Source of the DNA: Pseudomonadota bacterium
Lineage (GTDB): Bacteria > Bdellovibrionota_G > JALEGL01 > DATDPG01
Length of the DNA stretch: 64,000 nt
Reading direction: 5' to 3'
NCBI GenBank assembly: GCA_043809315.1
Contig: JAZDDX010000017.1
Location: 32,001-96,000 of the forward strand
Shown piece by piece: positions 36,600 to 48,540 of the stretch (position 1 is its first letter; each line of letters opens with the position of its first letter). Below the pieces are notes generated by a model. That model searched no databases, was not told the origin of the DNA, and saw only the letters and a program-made list of their open reading frames with translations. The translations under genes were made by a program, and so were the position numbers.

Positions 36600-38204
36600 A
36601 TGAACTACGTAGTCCTTGCGAGAAAGTGGAGGCCCCAGCAGTTCGCCGACCTGATCGGCCAGGGGGCGATCGCGCGGACGCTCGAAAACGCGATCCGGCT
36701 CGGACGGATCCATCACGCGCTTCTCTTCACCGGAACCCGGGGGGTCGGGAAAACGACCACCGCCCGGATTTTTGCCAAATCGCTCAACTGCGAGAAAGGT
36801 CCGACCGTCACCCCGTGCGGGGTCTGCTCGAACTGCGTCGAGATCGCGGCGGGGGCAAACGTCGACGTCCGCGAGATCGACGGCGCTTCCTCAACCTCCG
36901 TCGACGACATCCGCGAGCTCAAGGAGAACGTCCGGTACGCCCCGTCGAAGTCGAAGTACAAGATCTACATCATCGATGAAGTCCACATGCTTTCGACCAG
37001 CGCCTTCAACGCTCTCTTGAAGACCCTGGAAGAGCCCCCCCCTTTCGTCATCTTCGTCTTCGCCACGACCGAGCCGCAGAAAATTCCCGATACGATCCTG
37101 TCACGGTGCCAGCGGTTCGATTTCCGCCAGATCTCCGATGACCAGATCGCCGGGCACCTCCGGAAGGTCGTCGAAGCGGAGAAGATCGAGATCGGCAACT
37201 CCGCGCTGGCTCTTTTGAGCCGCCAAGCGGACGGCTCATTGCGGGATGCTCTCTCCCTACTCGATCAGGTGATTGCGTTCACCGGCGAAAAAGCGACCGA
37301 GGAAGAGGTGGTCGCGGTCCTGGGGTTGACCGACCGAGCGCTGATCTCCCGGACCCTGGAGGCGTTGATCCGGCACGATGCCAAGGAGTCGCTCGGCGTT
37401 CTCGGGGAGGTTTTGGAGAAGGGGTTCGATCCAAAGACCTATCTATTAGAGGTATGGGAGCGGGTGAGGGACCTCTTGGTCCTCAAGGGGGGGGGGAACG
37501 ACGAGCTGGTTCGCGCCACCCCGGACGAGCTGGCCCGGATGAAAGGATGGCTGACCGACCTAAACGAAGCGGAGCTGGAACGCTGGTTCGATCTCCTGCG
37601 CCTCGCTTTGAACGACGTCGGGCGTTCGGAACACCCCCGGTTCCTGATGGAAGCGACGTTCCTCAAGATGACGCGGACCGAGACCCGTCTGCCCCTTTCA
37701 GAGCTGGTCGGGCGTCTCGAACTGCTCGAGTCGAGGATCGCGGGGAAGGATTGGACGGCGAAGGCGCACGTGCCGCCGGCGGCCGTCGCGGCGCCGCGTC
37801 CGGTCCAGTCCTCGGTTTCAAAGGGGACCGCGCCCTCCGGGGATTGGGAGAGCGTCGTCGAGGCGGTGAAACGGACGAAACCGATGTTCGCCGGTGTCCT
37901 CCTGCAGGCGAACGGCGCGGATCTCTCGGCGGGGAAGATCGTTCTCACGTTCGACGAGGGGTCGTTCTATGTCGCCCGGGCCAAAGAGCCCGATTTCCAG
38001 GCGTTCCTTTGCGAGACGGCGTCGAGAATCCTCGGTTCGCCGCATTCGCTCGAGATCCGGACGCAACCGAAGAGCGCTTCGACGGTCGATTCGAAAGCGT
38101 CGGTCGATCGCGCCCGCGAGCGGGAGGCGCTGGAGAATCCGGCGGTCCGGGAGGCGGTCTCCCTCTTCTCGGCGAAGATCGAGGAAGTGAAACCGATCAA
38201 ATGA
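36600..38204 (+). CDS. dnaX: DNA polymerase III subunit gamma/tau
   Basis: YVVLARKWRPQ, GTRGVGKTT, IIDEVHML, ILSRCQRF. Confidence 0.97.
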   Translation: MNYVVLARKWRPQQFADLIGQGAIARTLENAIRLGRIHHALLFTGTRGVGKTTTARIFAKSLNCEKGPTVTPCGVCSNCVEIAAGANVDVREIDGASSTSVDDIRELKENVRYAPSKSKYKIYIIDEVHMLSTSAFNALLKTLEEPPPFVIFVFATTEPQKIPDTILSRCQRFDFRQISDDQIAGHLRKVVEAEKIEIGNSALALLSRQADGSLRDALSLLDQVIAFTGEKATEEEVVAVLGLTDRALISRTLEALIRHDAKESLGVLGEVLEKGFDPKTYLLEVWERVRDLLVLKGGGNDELVRATPDELARMKGWLTDLNEAELERWFDLLRLALNDVGRSEHPRFLMEATFLKMTRTETRLPLSELVGRLELLESRIAGKDWTAKAHVPPAAVAAPRPVQSSVSKGTAPSGDWESVVEAVKRTKPMFAGVLLQANGADLSAGKIVLTFDEGSFYVARAKEPDFQAFLCETASRILGSPHSLEIRTQPKSASTVDSKASVDRAREREALENPAVREAVSLFSAKIEEVKPIK

Positions 38205-38812
38205 GTTATCAGGGACCGAAAGTCTTCCGGGACGCCGTGGCGGAACTCTCCCGGCTCCCCGGGATCGGCGAGAAAACCGCGCAGCGCCTGGTGATGCACC
38301 TCGTGCAGGCGGAGGGGAAACGGGTCGAGGGGTTGGCGGAGAGTCTCAAGAAGCTCACGTCGGAACTCTCGCTCTGCTCCATTTGCTTCGGCTATACAGA
38401 TGTCGATCCGTGCCCCATCTGTAACGATCCGTCGCGGGACGCCGGGTTGATCTGTGTCGTCGAGGATCCGTCCGATCTCTTCGCGATCGAACGGAGCGCG
38501 CAGTACCGCGGTGTCTATCACGTGCTGCACGGGACGCTGGCGCCGCTCGACGGGATCGGACCTCAGGATCTGAAGATCGATGCGCTCCTCAAGCGCGTAG
38601 CCGGGAACCCGCCGCGCGAGGTGGTGCTGGCGACGAACCCCGATGTCGAGGGGGACGCTACGGCTCTCTACCTCGCCAAACTTCTTTCGGAACGGAAGAT
38701 CCGGGCGAGCCGGATCGCGATGGGGATCCCGATGGGCGGTCACCTGGAATACACCGATCAGGTAACGCTCGGCCGCGCGATTCTCGAGCGGAGGGAGTTC
38801 GGCATCCGATGA
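38201..38812 (+). CDS. recR: Recombination protein RecR
   Basis: LPGIGEKTAQRL, C4 zinc finger, YHVLHG, ATNPDVEGDATA; ATGA overlap with dnaX. Confidence 0.97.
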   Translation: MSYQGPKVFRDAVAELSRLPGIGEKTAQRLVMHLVQAEGKRVEGLAESLKKLTSELSLCSICFGYTDVDPCPICNDPSRDAGLICVVEDPSDLFAIERSAQYRGVYHVLHGTLAPLDGIGPQDLKIDALLKRVAGNPPREVVLATNPDVEGDATALYLAKLLSERKIRASRIAMGIPMGGHLEYTDQVTLGRAILERREFGIR

Positions 38813-38867
38813 CGTACCTTTACGGTCCGGAGAAAGGCTGTTAGGAAAAGGTATCCAGGCGCTTCTC

Positions 38868-39353
38868 ATGGCTTCCCCCCAAATGGTCATGTACGAGGAC
38901 GAGTTTCGGAAGATCTCGGCCCTCATCGATCGCCTCCACCGGGAGGCAACGGCGAAAGTTTGTTATCTCGTCGACAAAAACGGGCAGCTGATCGCCGCTG
39001 CGGGGGAAACGGCGAACATCGATTCCACCAGCCTCGCTTCGCTCACGGCGGGGAACATCGCGGCGACGAGCGGCCTGGCGAAACTCCTGGGGGAAAAAGA
39101 GTTCTCAATCGTGTTTCACGAGGGGGAGAGGGACAACATCCACATCTCGCTCATCGGGCAACGGGTGATCCTCGTGGTGGTCTTCGACAACCGATCCTCG
39201 CTCGGCTTGGTGCGATTGCGGGTGAAGAGGATCACGCAGGAACTCGACACGATCTTCCTGGCGATGGCGGCGAAGAGCCAGTCGGGGGCGGGGGCCCCTT
39301 CGCCATTTGCGGAAATCACCGATTTGGATATCGATAACCTATTCAAAGACTGA
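38868..39353 (+). CDS. mglB: Roadblock-domain GAP MglB
   Basis: LVDKNGQLIA..SLASLTAGNIAAT.GLAKL.GE.EF..LGLVRLRVK..FAEITD.DIDNLF. Confidence 0.95.
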   Translation: MASPQMVMYEDEFRKISALIDRLHREATAKVCYLVDKNGQLIAAAGETANIDSTSLASLTAGNIAATSGLAKLLGEKEFSIVFHEGERDNIHISLIGQRVILVVVFDNRSSLGLVRLRVKRITQELDTIFLAMAAKSQSGAGAPSPFAEITDLDIDNLFKD

Positions 39354-39356
39354 CGC

Positions 39357-39944
39357 ATGTCGTTCATCAACTACTCATCGAGAGAGATCAACTGCAAGAT
39401 CGTCTATTACGGCCCCGGCCTTTGCGGGAAGACGACGAATCTCCAGTACATCTATCGGAAGACGAAGCCGGAGGCGAAGGGGAAGATGATCTCGCTCGCC
39501 ACCGAAACCGAACGGACACTTTTCTTCGATTTTCTCCCGCTCTCGCTCGGCGAGATCCGCGGGTTCAAGACCCGATTCCATCTCTATACCGTCCCGGGGC
39601 AGGTCTTCTACGACGCCAGCCGGAAGCTGATCTTGAAAGGGGTCGACGGCGTGGTCTTCGTCGCCGATTCCCAGGTCGAGCGGACCGAGGCGAACCTCGA
39701 GTCGATCGACAACCTGCGGGTCAATCTTTCGGAACAGGGGTACGACCTCGACAAGCTCCCGTATGTCGTCCAGTACAACAAACGGGACCTGCCGAACATC
39801 TCCTCCGTCGAGGAGTTACGCTCGTCTCTCAACGCGCAAGGGATGATGGATTTCGAAGCGATCGCCAACACCGGGATCGGTGTTTTCGAGACGCTCAAGA
39901 CGATCGCCAAGCTCGTTCTGATCGAGCTCAAAAAGGGGAAGTAA
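39357..39944 (+). CDS. mglA: Small Ras-like GTPase MglA
   Basis: [42 protein letters not shown]. Confidence 0.97.
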   Translation: MSFINYSSREINCKIVYYGPGLCGKTTNLQYIYRKTKPEAKGKMISLATETERTLFFDFLPLSLGEIRGFKTRFHLYTVPGQVFYDASRKLILKGVDGVVFVADSQVERTEANLESIDNLRVNLSEQGYDLDKLPYVVQYNKRDLPNISSVEELRSSLNAQGMMDFEAIANTGIGVFETLKTIAKLVLIELKKGK

Positions 39945-40647
39945 TTCCCCGATAAAACGAAAGAATCTCCTCCGATAGACAGGCCTTTTCCACACTCAAA
40001 GGCAGAATGTGTGTTGAACGCTCCAACCGCACGAGCCGGGACTTGGGATGCGTGAACCGGGAATTCAAGAAAAAGGCCGATCTCGGATGAACGGCTGAAT
40101 CCGCCTCGCTGTAGACCGTGAGAGCCGGAACCGAGTTGATGGTCGCAAGAGATCTCGCCCGTTTTGAGAGAGTGAAAAACGCTCCCACCGCAGCCACAGG
40201 AAAGCCGTCGTAACTCACGTGCCCGGGCGTCTGATCCGCCGGGTTCTTCGGGAGACACCGATCCCGCAGAAATGGGATCTTCGGAAAAACGTTCGCGACG
40301 AGATTCTCCTTCCACGACCGGAGCCAGAGAGGGGGGGCGAGAAGTACCAACGACGCGACCCGTTTGGGGCGGTTTCGGAACGATTCGAGGATCAGAAGCG
40401 CCCCCATCGAGAGACCGAGCAGGTGAACACGGGGAACCCGGGATTCGAGATTCGCCCGAGCCGTTTCGACCGCTTCGAGCCAGTCGACCGCTTTCGTCCG
40501 GGCCAGATCGTCGGTCGTTGTCCCGTGTCCGGGAAGGAGCGGTACCGAGACCTCCCAACCGAGGGTGGAACCGATCGCCGAGCCGAGATCCTTGAGCTCC
40601 GCCGGCGTCCCGGTGAAGCCGTGAATCAAGAGTGCCGCTTCCCTCAT
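39928..40647 (-). CDS. Alpha/beta hydrolase (carboxylesterase-like)
   Basis: [18 protein letters not shown] nucleophile elbow. Confidence 0.88.
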   Translation of the reverse strand: MREAALLIHGFTGTPAELKDLGSAIGSTLGWEVSVPLLPGHGTTTDDLARTKAVDWLEAVETARANLESRVPRVHLLGLSMGALLILESFRNRPKRVASLVLLAPPLWLRSWKENLVANVFPKIPFLRDRCLPKNPADQTPGHVSYDGFPVAAVGAFFTLSKRARSLATINSVPALTVYSEADSAVHPRSAFFLNSRFTHPKSRLVRLERSTHILPLSVEKACLSEEILSFYRGITSPF

Positions 40648-40681
40648 TCTTGCTATAGTACCCGGTCACGAAAGGGAACGC

Positions 40682-42229
40682 ATGGCCGGTAACGACAAAG
40701 TCGTCCTGATGGTGCTGGACGGGTGGGGGGCGCGGGCTGAGAAAGAAGGGAACGCGATCACCGCCGCCGTGGCACCGAACTACCGGCGTCTTCTCGGCTC
40801 TTTTCCCTCGACGCAGCTCGAGGCCTCGGGGCTCCCGGTCGGCCTTCCCGACGGCGTGATGGGGAACTCGGAGGTCGGGCACATGAACATCGGGAGCGGC
40901 CGGTGCGTTCAGCAGGAACAGGTGCGGATCCATACGGCGATCACGGACGGGTCTTTTTATCGAAACGAGGTCCTTCGAAATGCAATGGCGGTTGCGCGGG
41001 AGAAGGGGACGAACCTCCATCTGATCGGCCTCGTTTCCCAAGGAAACGTCCACAGCGCGGAACGGCACTACCTCGCGTTAATCGGGATGGCTCGCAAAGA
41101 AAAGGTCCCGGCGGAACGCGTCTTCGTTCACGCATTTCTCGACGGACGCGATACCGCCCCCCGGAGCGCAGAGGAATATTTGAAGAACGTGGAGACGACG
41201 CTCGCGCGCGAGGGGGGGAGGATCGCTTCAATCTCCGGCCGGTTCTACGCGATGGACCGCGACAAACGATGGGAGCGAGTCGATCAGGCGTATCGGGCGC
41301 TCGTGCGGGGGGACGGCTTCAAGACGACGGGTGCTCTGGAAGCATTGCACGCGGCCTATGTCCGGGCGGAAGACGACGAGTTCGTGCAACCGACGCTCGT
41401 GACCGATCCGGCCGGGACTCCGATCGCGAAGATCTCGTCCGGCGATTCGGTGATCTGTTTCAACTTCCGTCCCGACCGGATGCGGGAGATCGTCCGGGCT
41501 CTCACGAATCACGACGGGCCGGTCCCGTCGCTCGATCGGAATCTCAAAATCGAGATCTGCTCGTTCACGAAGTACGAAAAGAGTTTCACTCTGCCCGTGG
41601 CGTTTGCGCCACAGGATCTGACGATGTGCCTGGGGGAGGTCGTTTCGTGCCATCACATGCAGCAGTTCCGGACGGCGGAGACGGAGAAGTACGCGCACGT
41701 GACCTATTTCTTGAACGGCGGCCGGGAGACTCCGTTCGACGGGGAAGAGAGGCAGATGATCCCGTCGCCGAAGGTACGAACGTACGACTTGCAACCGGAG
41801 ATGAGTTCTTTAGAGGTGACGGAGAGCGTGCTTCACCGGATCCGGGCCGGGAACGACCGGCTGATCGTCGTGAACTTCGCGCAGCCCGACATGGTGGGGC
41901 ACACCGGGATCTTCGACGCGGCGGTGGCGGCGGTCGAGGCGACCGATCGGGCGATCGGAAAGATCGCCGAGGCGGCGGCCGCGTGCGGATACACGTTGTT
42001 CATCACCGCCGACCACGGGAACGTCGAGCAGATGAAAGATCCGGTTTCCGGGAAGCCGTTTACGGCGCATACGACGAACCCGGTTCCATTTATCTGCATC
42101 GGCCCCGAGAAGAAGAAGGTTCGGCTCGCGGATCATGGGGCGCTCTGCGACATCGCGCCGACGGTACTCAAGGTTCTCGGGATCACCCCCCCGGCACAGA
42201 TGACGGGGAAGAATCTTCTAATAGTCTAA
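40682..42229 (+). CDS. gpmI: 2,3-bisphosphoglycerate-independent phosphoglycerate mutase
   Basis: LDGWG, MGNSEVGH, GRFYAMDRD, AETEKYAHVT, PDMVGHTG, TADHGN. Confidence 0.97.
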   Translation: MAGNDKVVLMVLDGWGARAEKEGNAITAAVAPNYRRLLGSFPSTQLEASGLPVGLPDGVMGNSEVGHMNIGSGRCVQQEQVRIHTAITDGSFYRNEVLRNAMAVAREKGTNLHLIGLVSQGNVHSAERHYLALIGMARKEKVPAERVFVHAFLDGRDTAPRSAEEYLKNVETTLAREGGRIASISGRFYAMDRDKRWERVDQAYRALVRGDGFKTTGALEALHAAYVRAEDDEFVQPTLVTDPAGTPIAKISSGDSVICFNFRPDRMREIVRALTNHDGPVPSLDRNLKIEICSFTKYEKSFTLPVAFAPQDLTMCLGEVVSCHHMQQFRTAETEKYAHVTYFLNGGRETPFDGEERQMIPSPKVRTYDLQPEMSSLEVTESVLHRIRAGNDRLIVVNFAQPDMVGHTGIFDAAVAAVEATDRAIGKIAEAAAACGYTLFITADHGNVEQMKDPVSGKPFTAHTTNPVPFICIGPEKKKVRLADHGALCDIAPTVLKVLGITPPAQMTGKNLLIV

Positions 42230-44196
42230 CGGAGGTTCGGCCGCGCCTTGCTGGGCATTGAAGTCGATCGGCTGATCCACCTTGGCGTGGGTCCGCAGGT
42301 ATTTGCTCCATTGTTCGAGGCGGTCGCGACCCGCATCCTCCGCCGTCGTGGCCCGGAGCCCTTCCCGCTCTTTCTCAAAAACCGCCCAATCCGGGCGGAC
42401 CCTCTTCTTGAGGGCCAGTAGGTAGACCCCTCCCTGGGTTTGAACCGGCTCCGTGAAGAACGGCTTTGGCTCGGTCAGCAGGAACGCCCCCTTCATCACC
42501 GATTCCGACATCCCGAGTTTCGGGACCCGGTTGTCGAACGAGCGGGGGAACTCCCCCGTCTCCTCGACGATGAGCCCGATGCTCTTCGCCAACTCTCCGA
42601 TCGGCTTGCCCGAGGCGATCCATTTCGCAAGGAGGTTGCTGGCGTATTCGGCCAGAGCTCGTTCGCGGAGATTCTTCAGGAACCCTTCCGAAACTTTTGT
42701 CCGGACCTCGGCGAGCGCCGGCACGCGGGAGGGGCGGATCGAGACGACGCGGACGAGATAGAGGTTCCCGGAGGGGACGCGGACCGAGGTGCTGACGGCA
42801 CCCGACGCGAGCGACTGAGCCGCGCGCAGGATCTCGCCGCTGTCCGCGGGGTCGACAAGTCCCGGGAACGATCCGGTCGTCTCCACCTCTGCGGTACCGA
42901 AATACCGGAGCGTGGCTTCTCGTTTGGTTTCGCGGAACGCCTTAGTCCCTGCGGAGGCCTTGAACGCCTCGAGCTTTGGTTCCGCTTTCTTGAAGAACCG
43001 ATCGAGTTGCTCCGGTTTCCGTGTGTATTCCCGCTTCCACTCCGCCAGGAGTTCCGGCTTCAAGCGTTCGACCGTCTTGGGACCGGCGGGGATCTTCTCG
43101 ATCAGCTTCACGATGTGCCATCCGAACTGCGTTTGGAACGGGGCGGAGATCTCCCCCGGTTTCATCCCGAATGTTTTCGCGTCGAACTCTTTGACCATGG
43201 CCCCTTTACCGAACCAGCCGAGGTCTCCCCCCCCTCTGAACGGCTCCCGTCCTCGCTTTCGGCGCGCGCGACCTTCGAGAACTCGGCTTCACCCTTGATC
43301 CGTGCGTAGATCGCGTCCACCCTCTTTTGGGCCACGGCGACATCGATTCCGGTACGGATCAGGATGTGCGCGGCGTGAGCCCGTTCCCCGGTGACCGCCA
43401 CGTCCTTTTCTTTCGCGAACTTCTTGCCGAGGAGATCCTTCAGGTCGGAATCGGTCGGCGTGACGAGATCGGTGAGGTTGTACCCGACCACCTCGAGTTC
43501 TCGCGCCTCCGGGATCTGATACGCCGCCGCGCGCTCGTCGTAATACCTCTTTAGGTCGGCCTCGGTCGGTGTCGCGGGAGCCGGAAGCCGGCTCGCCAGT
43601 TTGGTAGGATCGAGACGGACGAAATCGAGCGAGACCTGGTCGTTCCGCATCTCAAAGAGCCGACGGAGCTCTTCCGTGCTGACCAGCGTGGTCTGTCGAA
43701 GCAAGCCATCGTACTCCCAGGCGAGTTGGGTGGCCGCTTCGTCCTTTTCGAATTCGCCGGTCGTCTTTCCGAACCGGGAGCGGATGTAGTTCCGGTAAAA
43801 GTCGAAGTTGAACTCCTCCTTGGCTCCGGCGAACTGCATCCGGATCACCTTCCGCACCTGTTCGGGGGAGACACGCAATCCGATCTGTCGCGCCTGGCGC
43901 GTTTTGATCTTCTCGTCGATCAGCGTTTGCAGGGCGTTCTGCTGGATCATCCGGAGGAGATCGTCCGAGGTATCGTTCCGCAGGAGCCCCATCTGCCGGT
44001 ACCTCTCGAGGAGGTTCTGGTACCGAATCTGAAGGTCACGGCTGGAGATCGACTCCCCGTTCACCGATGCCATCACGCCGGCGCTCAACCCGCGGCTTCC
44101 CCGGAAGCCGTAGAACGAGATGAACGAGAGGACGAGGGCACCCAAGAGGATCTTGACCCACAAGGACGAAACCGCGGTGCGCATTTCCTGAAGCAT
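42218..44196 (-). pseudogene. PpiD/SurA-like parvulin chaperone split by a frameshift in a G8 tract (pseudogene, slippage site or sequencing error)
   Basis: ORF 43162-44196 has the TM + SurA_N + AHILI..SED part; a frame change at 43227-43234 restores GGDLGWFGKGAMVKEFD, continuing into ORF 42218-43198. Confidence 0.85.
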
Positions 44197-44223
44197 GGAG
44201 CGAAGCTAGCGATTTACCCTTAA

Positions 44224-45312
<1,089 letters not shown>

Positions 45313-45313
45313 C

Positions 45314-46138
45314 GTGACTCGGCTGATCAAGTTGATCGCCGCGATCCTCGTTTTCCTCTACCTCGGTCTTCAGCTACTCTCCTTCAACTTCCAGAAAAAG
45401 GGGAATCTCCGCACCCCCGAGCGGATCGTGGTGGCGATCACCGCGCCGGGGCAGAAGCTCACGACCGGGATCACGAGCGGTCTTTCCGCGATCGGGCACC
45501 ACTACCTGCTGCTCTCGGGGGTCGCGAGGGAGAACGAAACCCTGGCCGCAGAGCGCGACCGTTTGAAATCCCAGCTGGTGCACTTAGGGGAGATGGAGTC
45601 CGAAAACGGGCGGCTCCGGGAACTGTTGGGGCTCGGGAAGCCGAAAAGTTTGCAGATCACCGGTGCGGAGCTGATCGCCCGGGGGATGTCGCCGTACGAA
45701 CGGACGATCCGGGTCGGGAAGGGCTCCCGCGAGGGCATCTCGCCCGGGATGGCGGTGATTCATCCCAAAGGGGTGGTGGGGCAGGTGATCGAGGCGCTGC
45801 CCGATCGGTCCGACATCCTGTTGATCACCGATCAGGCCAGTGCCATCGACGTGATCGACCAGCGCTCGCGCGTGCGCGGGATCCTGCGCGGAAACAAGTA
45901 CGACGAGCTCAAGTTCGAGTTCGTTCCGAAGAACGAAGATCTGAAGGTGGGGGATGAGATCGTTTCATCGGGGTTGGACGGGGTCTATCCGGAAGGGATT
46001 CCGGTCGGAACGATCACGGCGGTCGGGAAGGGGAGCGGGCAGCTGTTCCTTTCGGCCGCGGTCCGGCCGCACGTCGACGTGATGGGACTCGAAGAGGTGG
46101 CGATCGTGACCGGACGCGGGAAGGGGGAGTCGCCATGA
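45314..46138 (+). CDS. mreC: Rod shape-determining protein MreC
   Basis: TM, coiled coil ENGRLRELL, GVVGQV, SSGLDGVYPEGIPVG. Confidence 0.95.
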   Translation: MTRLIKLIAAILVFLYLGLQLLSFNFQKKGNLRTPERIVVAITAPGQKLTTGITSGLSAIGHHYLLLSGVARENETLAAERDRLKSQLVHLGEMESENGRLRELLGLGKPKSLQITGAELIARGMSPYERTIRVGKGSREGISPGMAVIHPKGVVGQVIEALPDRSDILLITDQASAIDVIDQRSRVRGILRGNKYDELKFEFVPKNEDLKVGDEIVSSGLDGVYPEGIPVGTITAVGKGSGQLFLSAAVRPHVDVMGLEEVAIVTGRGKGESP

Positions 46139-46695
46139 AAGCGATGCTCTTCATCCTCGTGATGGCCGTTTTTTTGCTCGTGCTTCAAACCGCGCTGATG
46201 CCCCGGATGATTCTCGCGATCACCTGGATTCCCGGCTTGGAGTTCGTTTCCGGGCACACGATCGATTTCGCGCTGATCACGCTCGTCTATCTCGTGTTCC
46301 ATCGCGACCTCCTCGGGGCTCTTCTCTGGGCGGCGATCTTCAGCATCCTGGCTGCCTCGTTCGGAACGGGGTGGCGCGGGGCCGCCGGGATCGGATATTT
46401 TGCGGTCGCGCTGGGAAGCTCGTTCGTCAAGAAGAACCTCCTGCTGGAGAGCCGTTGGTCGGTCATCTTGCTGACGGCCGGGATCACGCTGTTCGAGGGG
46501 TTCGCTCATCTCTGGGCGGGGCATATCTTCAACCGGATCCCCGATCCGCTCGCGGGGCAGTGGGGGACGATCCTGACACAGGCCGGGTTGAACGCGTTGG
46601 CGGCGCCGCTGCTCTATTCGTTTCTCTATTTTTTCGACGGGATCGCCGGAGGGCGTACCGCGCGGAGGCGCCACTCGCTCCTGGCCGACGTGTAA
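46135..46695 (+). CDS. mreD: Rod shape-determining protein MreD
   Basis: Polytopic membrane protein between mreC and mrdA. Confidence 0.8.
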   Translation: MKAMLFILVMAVFLLVLQTALMPRMILAITWIPGLEFVSGHTIDFALITLVYLVFHRDLLGALLWAAIFSILAASFGTGWRGAAGIGYFAVALGSSFVKKNLLLESRWSVILLTAGITLFEGFAHLWAGHIFNRIPDPLAGQWGTILTQAGLNALAAPLLYSFLYFFDGIAGGRTARRRHSLLADV

Positions 46696-46698
46696 CCC

Positions 46699-48540
46699 GT
46701 GTCGCTCAAGCTCCAAGACAGCTCACCGCAGGAGGATTTCCGATCGCGGTTCGCCGCCACAGGGGTGCTGGTCGCGATGATCTTCGCTCTCCTGCTCGGG
46801 CGCGCGTGGTACCTGCAGATTTTCAACGGCCGGAAGTGGCGGGAGTTCTCCGAGGCGAACCGGATCGAGATCAAGCGTCTTCCCGCCATGCGCGGGCGGG
46901 TCCTCGACCGGCACGGCCGGATCATCGCCGACAGCCGCCCGTCGTTCGATCTCACGATGACCCCTGCGCAGGTCGGGAAAGTCGCGGAGGACACCATCCA
47001 CAGGCTGATCGATCTTCTCTCCTGGAAGGATGTCAAGCCGGAGGAGATCCTGGACAAACTGAGAGCGGGGAACCCGAACGATCCGGTCGTCATCAAGAGG
47101 GATATGTCGCGGGACGAGCTGGCGCTGTTCCTCGCGCGGCAATACGCCTTCCGCGGCGTCGAGGTGATCGATTCCCCGGCACGTTCGTACCCGTTCGGAA
47201 CGCACGGGAGCCACCTTCTCGGCTACCTCGGCGAGGTGAGTCGACAGGATCTGAAGTCGCTCGAGAAGGAGGGGGAGGTCGGATACCGCTTCGGGGATGT
47301 CTGGGGGATCTCGGGGATCGAGAGGGAGTATGAGGGGGTCCTGCGCGGTGAGAACGGCGGGATTCCGATCATCGTCGATGCCTGGGGGAGGAAGGTCGGG
47401 ACGGAGTTCTCCGATGCCCTTCTGCCGGAGTTCCAACCGCGCGAGCCGAGTCCGGGGACCGATCTCGTTCTCGCGATCGACGGCAACACGCAGGAAGCGG
47501 CCGAAGCCGCCTTCACCCACGAAGCGGGAGCGGTCGTCGCGATCGATCCTAGGAACGGAGACGTCATCGCTCTCGTGAGCCGCCCGGAATACGCTCCGGA
47601 CCAGTTCGCGCGCGGGGTTTCGCACCGCTACTGGAGCGTGCTGACGAACGACCCGAAGAACCCGCTCTACGACCGGACGCTCCGCGGGCAATACCCACCC
47701 GGATCGACCTTCAAGATGGTGACCGGAACCGCGGCGCTGCAGGAAAAGGTCGTGAGCCTCGACGAAAAGGTTTTCTGCCCGGGACACTACCGGCTCGGAC
47801 GGGAGACGAAGAAATGCTGGAAACAAGGGGGGCACGGCTGGGTCGATTTTCACAAGGCGGTCGTGCAGTCGTGTGACGTCTATTTCTACGAGATGGGAAG
47901 ACGTCTCGGGGTCGACCGGATCGCGAAATACGCACGAAGTTACGGCTTCGGGGAGGCGACCGGGATCGGGATCAACCGGGAGGAGAGAGGATTGGTGCCG
48001 ACCGAGGCGTGGAAACAGAAGGTTTATCACCAGCCGTGGGTCGGCGGGGAGACGCTCTCGGTCGCGATCGGACAAGGGGCGATGTCGGTCACCCCGATCC
48101 AACTCGCGGTCGCCTATGCCGCTCTCTCGAACGCCGGGAAGGTGATGCAGCCGCGGATCGCCCTGGAGGCGCGCGAACTGGACGGGAAGACGGTCGAGAA
48201 ATACCCCCCTCGCGTCCGCCATCAGTTCAGCCTCGATCCGACGAATTGGCGCGCGATCCTCGACGGGCTCGGGGGAGTCGTGAACGAACCGGGAGGGACC
48301 GCCTATTTTTCGGGCCGCTCGGCTCTTTTCAAGATCGGCGGGAAGACGGGAACCGCCCAGACGGTCGGGAAGGGGGCGAGCGTGAATCTGGGGGATCACG
48401 CCTGGTTCGTGGCGTTCGCGCCGGTCGATGAACCGCGCATCGCGGTCGCCGTGATCGTCGAACACGGCGGGCACGGCGGTACGGTGTCGGCTCCGATCGC
48501 CCGAAAGGTGATCGAGACGTATCTGGGAGGGGCGAAATGA
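46699..48540 (+). CDS. mrdA: Penicillin-binding protein 2
   Basis: RGRVLDRHG, YPPGSTFK (SxxK), SCDVYFY, KTGTAQ. Confidence 0.96.
   Translation: MSLKLQDSSPQEDFRSRFAATGVLVAMIFALLLGRAWYLQIFNGRKWREFSEANRIEIKRLPAMRGRVLDRHGRIIADSRPSFDLTMTPAQVGKVAEDTIHRLIDLLSWKDVKPEEILDKLRAGNPNDPVVIKRDMSRDELALFLARQYAFRGVEVIDSPARSYPFGTHGSHLLGYLGEVSRQDLKSLEKEGEVGYRFGDVWGISGIEREYEGVLRGENGGIPIIVDAWGRKVGTEFSDALLPEFQPREPSPGTDLVLAIDGNTQEAAEAAFTHEAGAVVAIDPRNGDVIALVSRPEYAPDQFARGVSHRYWSVLTNDPKNPLYDRTLRGQYPPGSTFKMVTGTAALQEKVVSLDEKVFCPGHYRLGRETKKCWKQGGHGWVDFHKAVVQSCDVYFYEMGRRLGVDRIAKYARSYGFGEATGIGINREERGLVPTEAWKQKVYHQPWVGGETLSVAIGQGAMSVTPIQLAVAYAALSNAGKVMQPRIALEARELDGKTVEKYPPRVRHQFSLDPTNWRAILDGLGGVVNEPGGTAYFSGRSALFKIGGKTGTAQTVGKGASVNLGDHAWFVAFAPVDEPRIAVAVIVEHGGHGGTVSAPIARKVIETYLGGAK

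Noticed and set aside
37454-38200. N-terminally extended RecR, or a dnaX frameshift fusion
   Set aside because: GC-rich alternate frame of dnaX; recR has a normal ATGA-coupled start and no A-AAA-AAG slippery site was seen.
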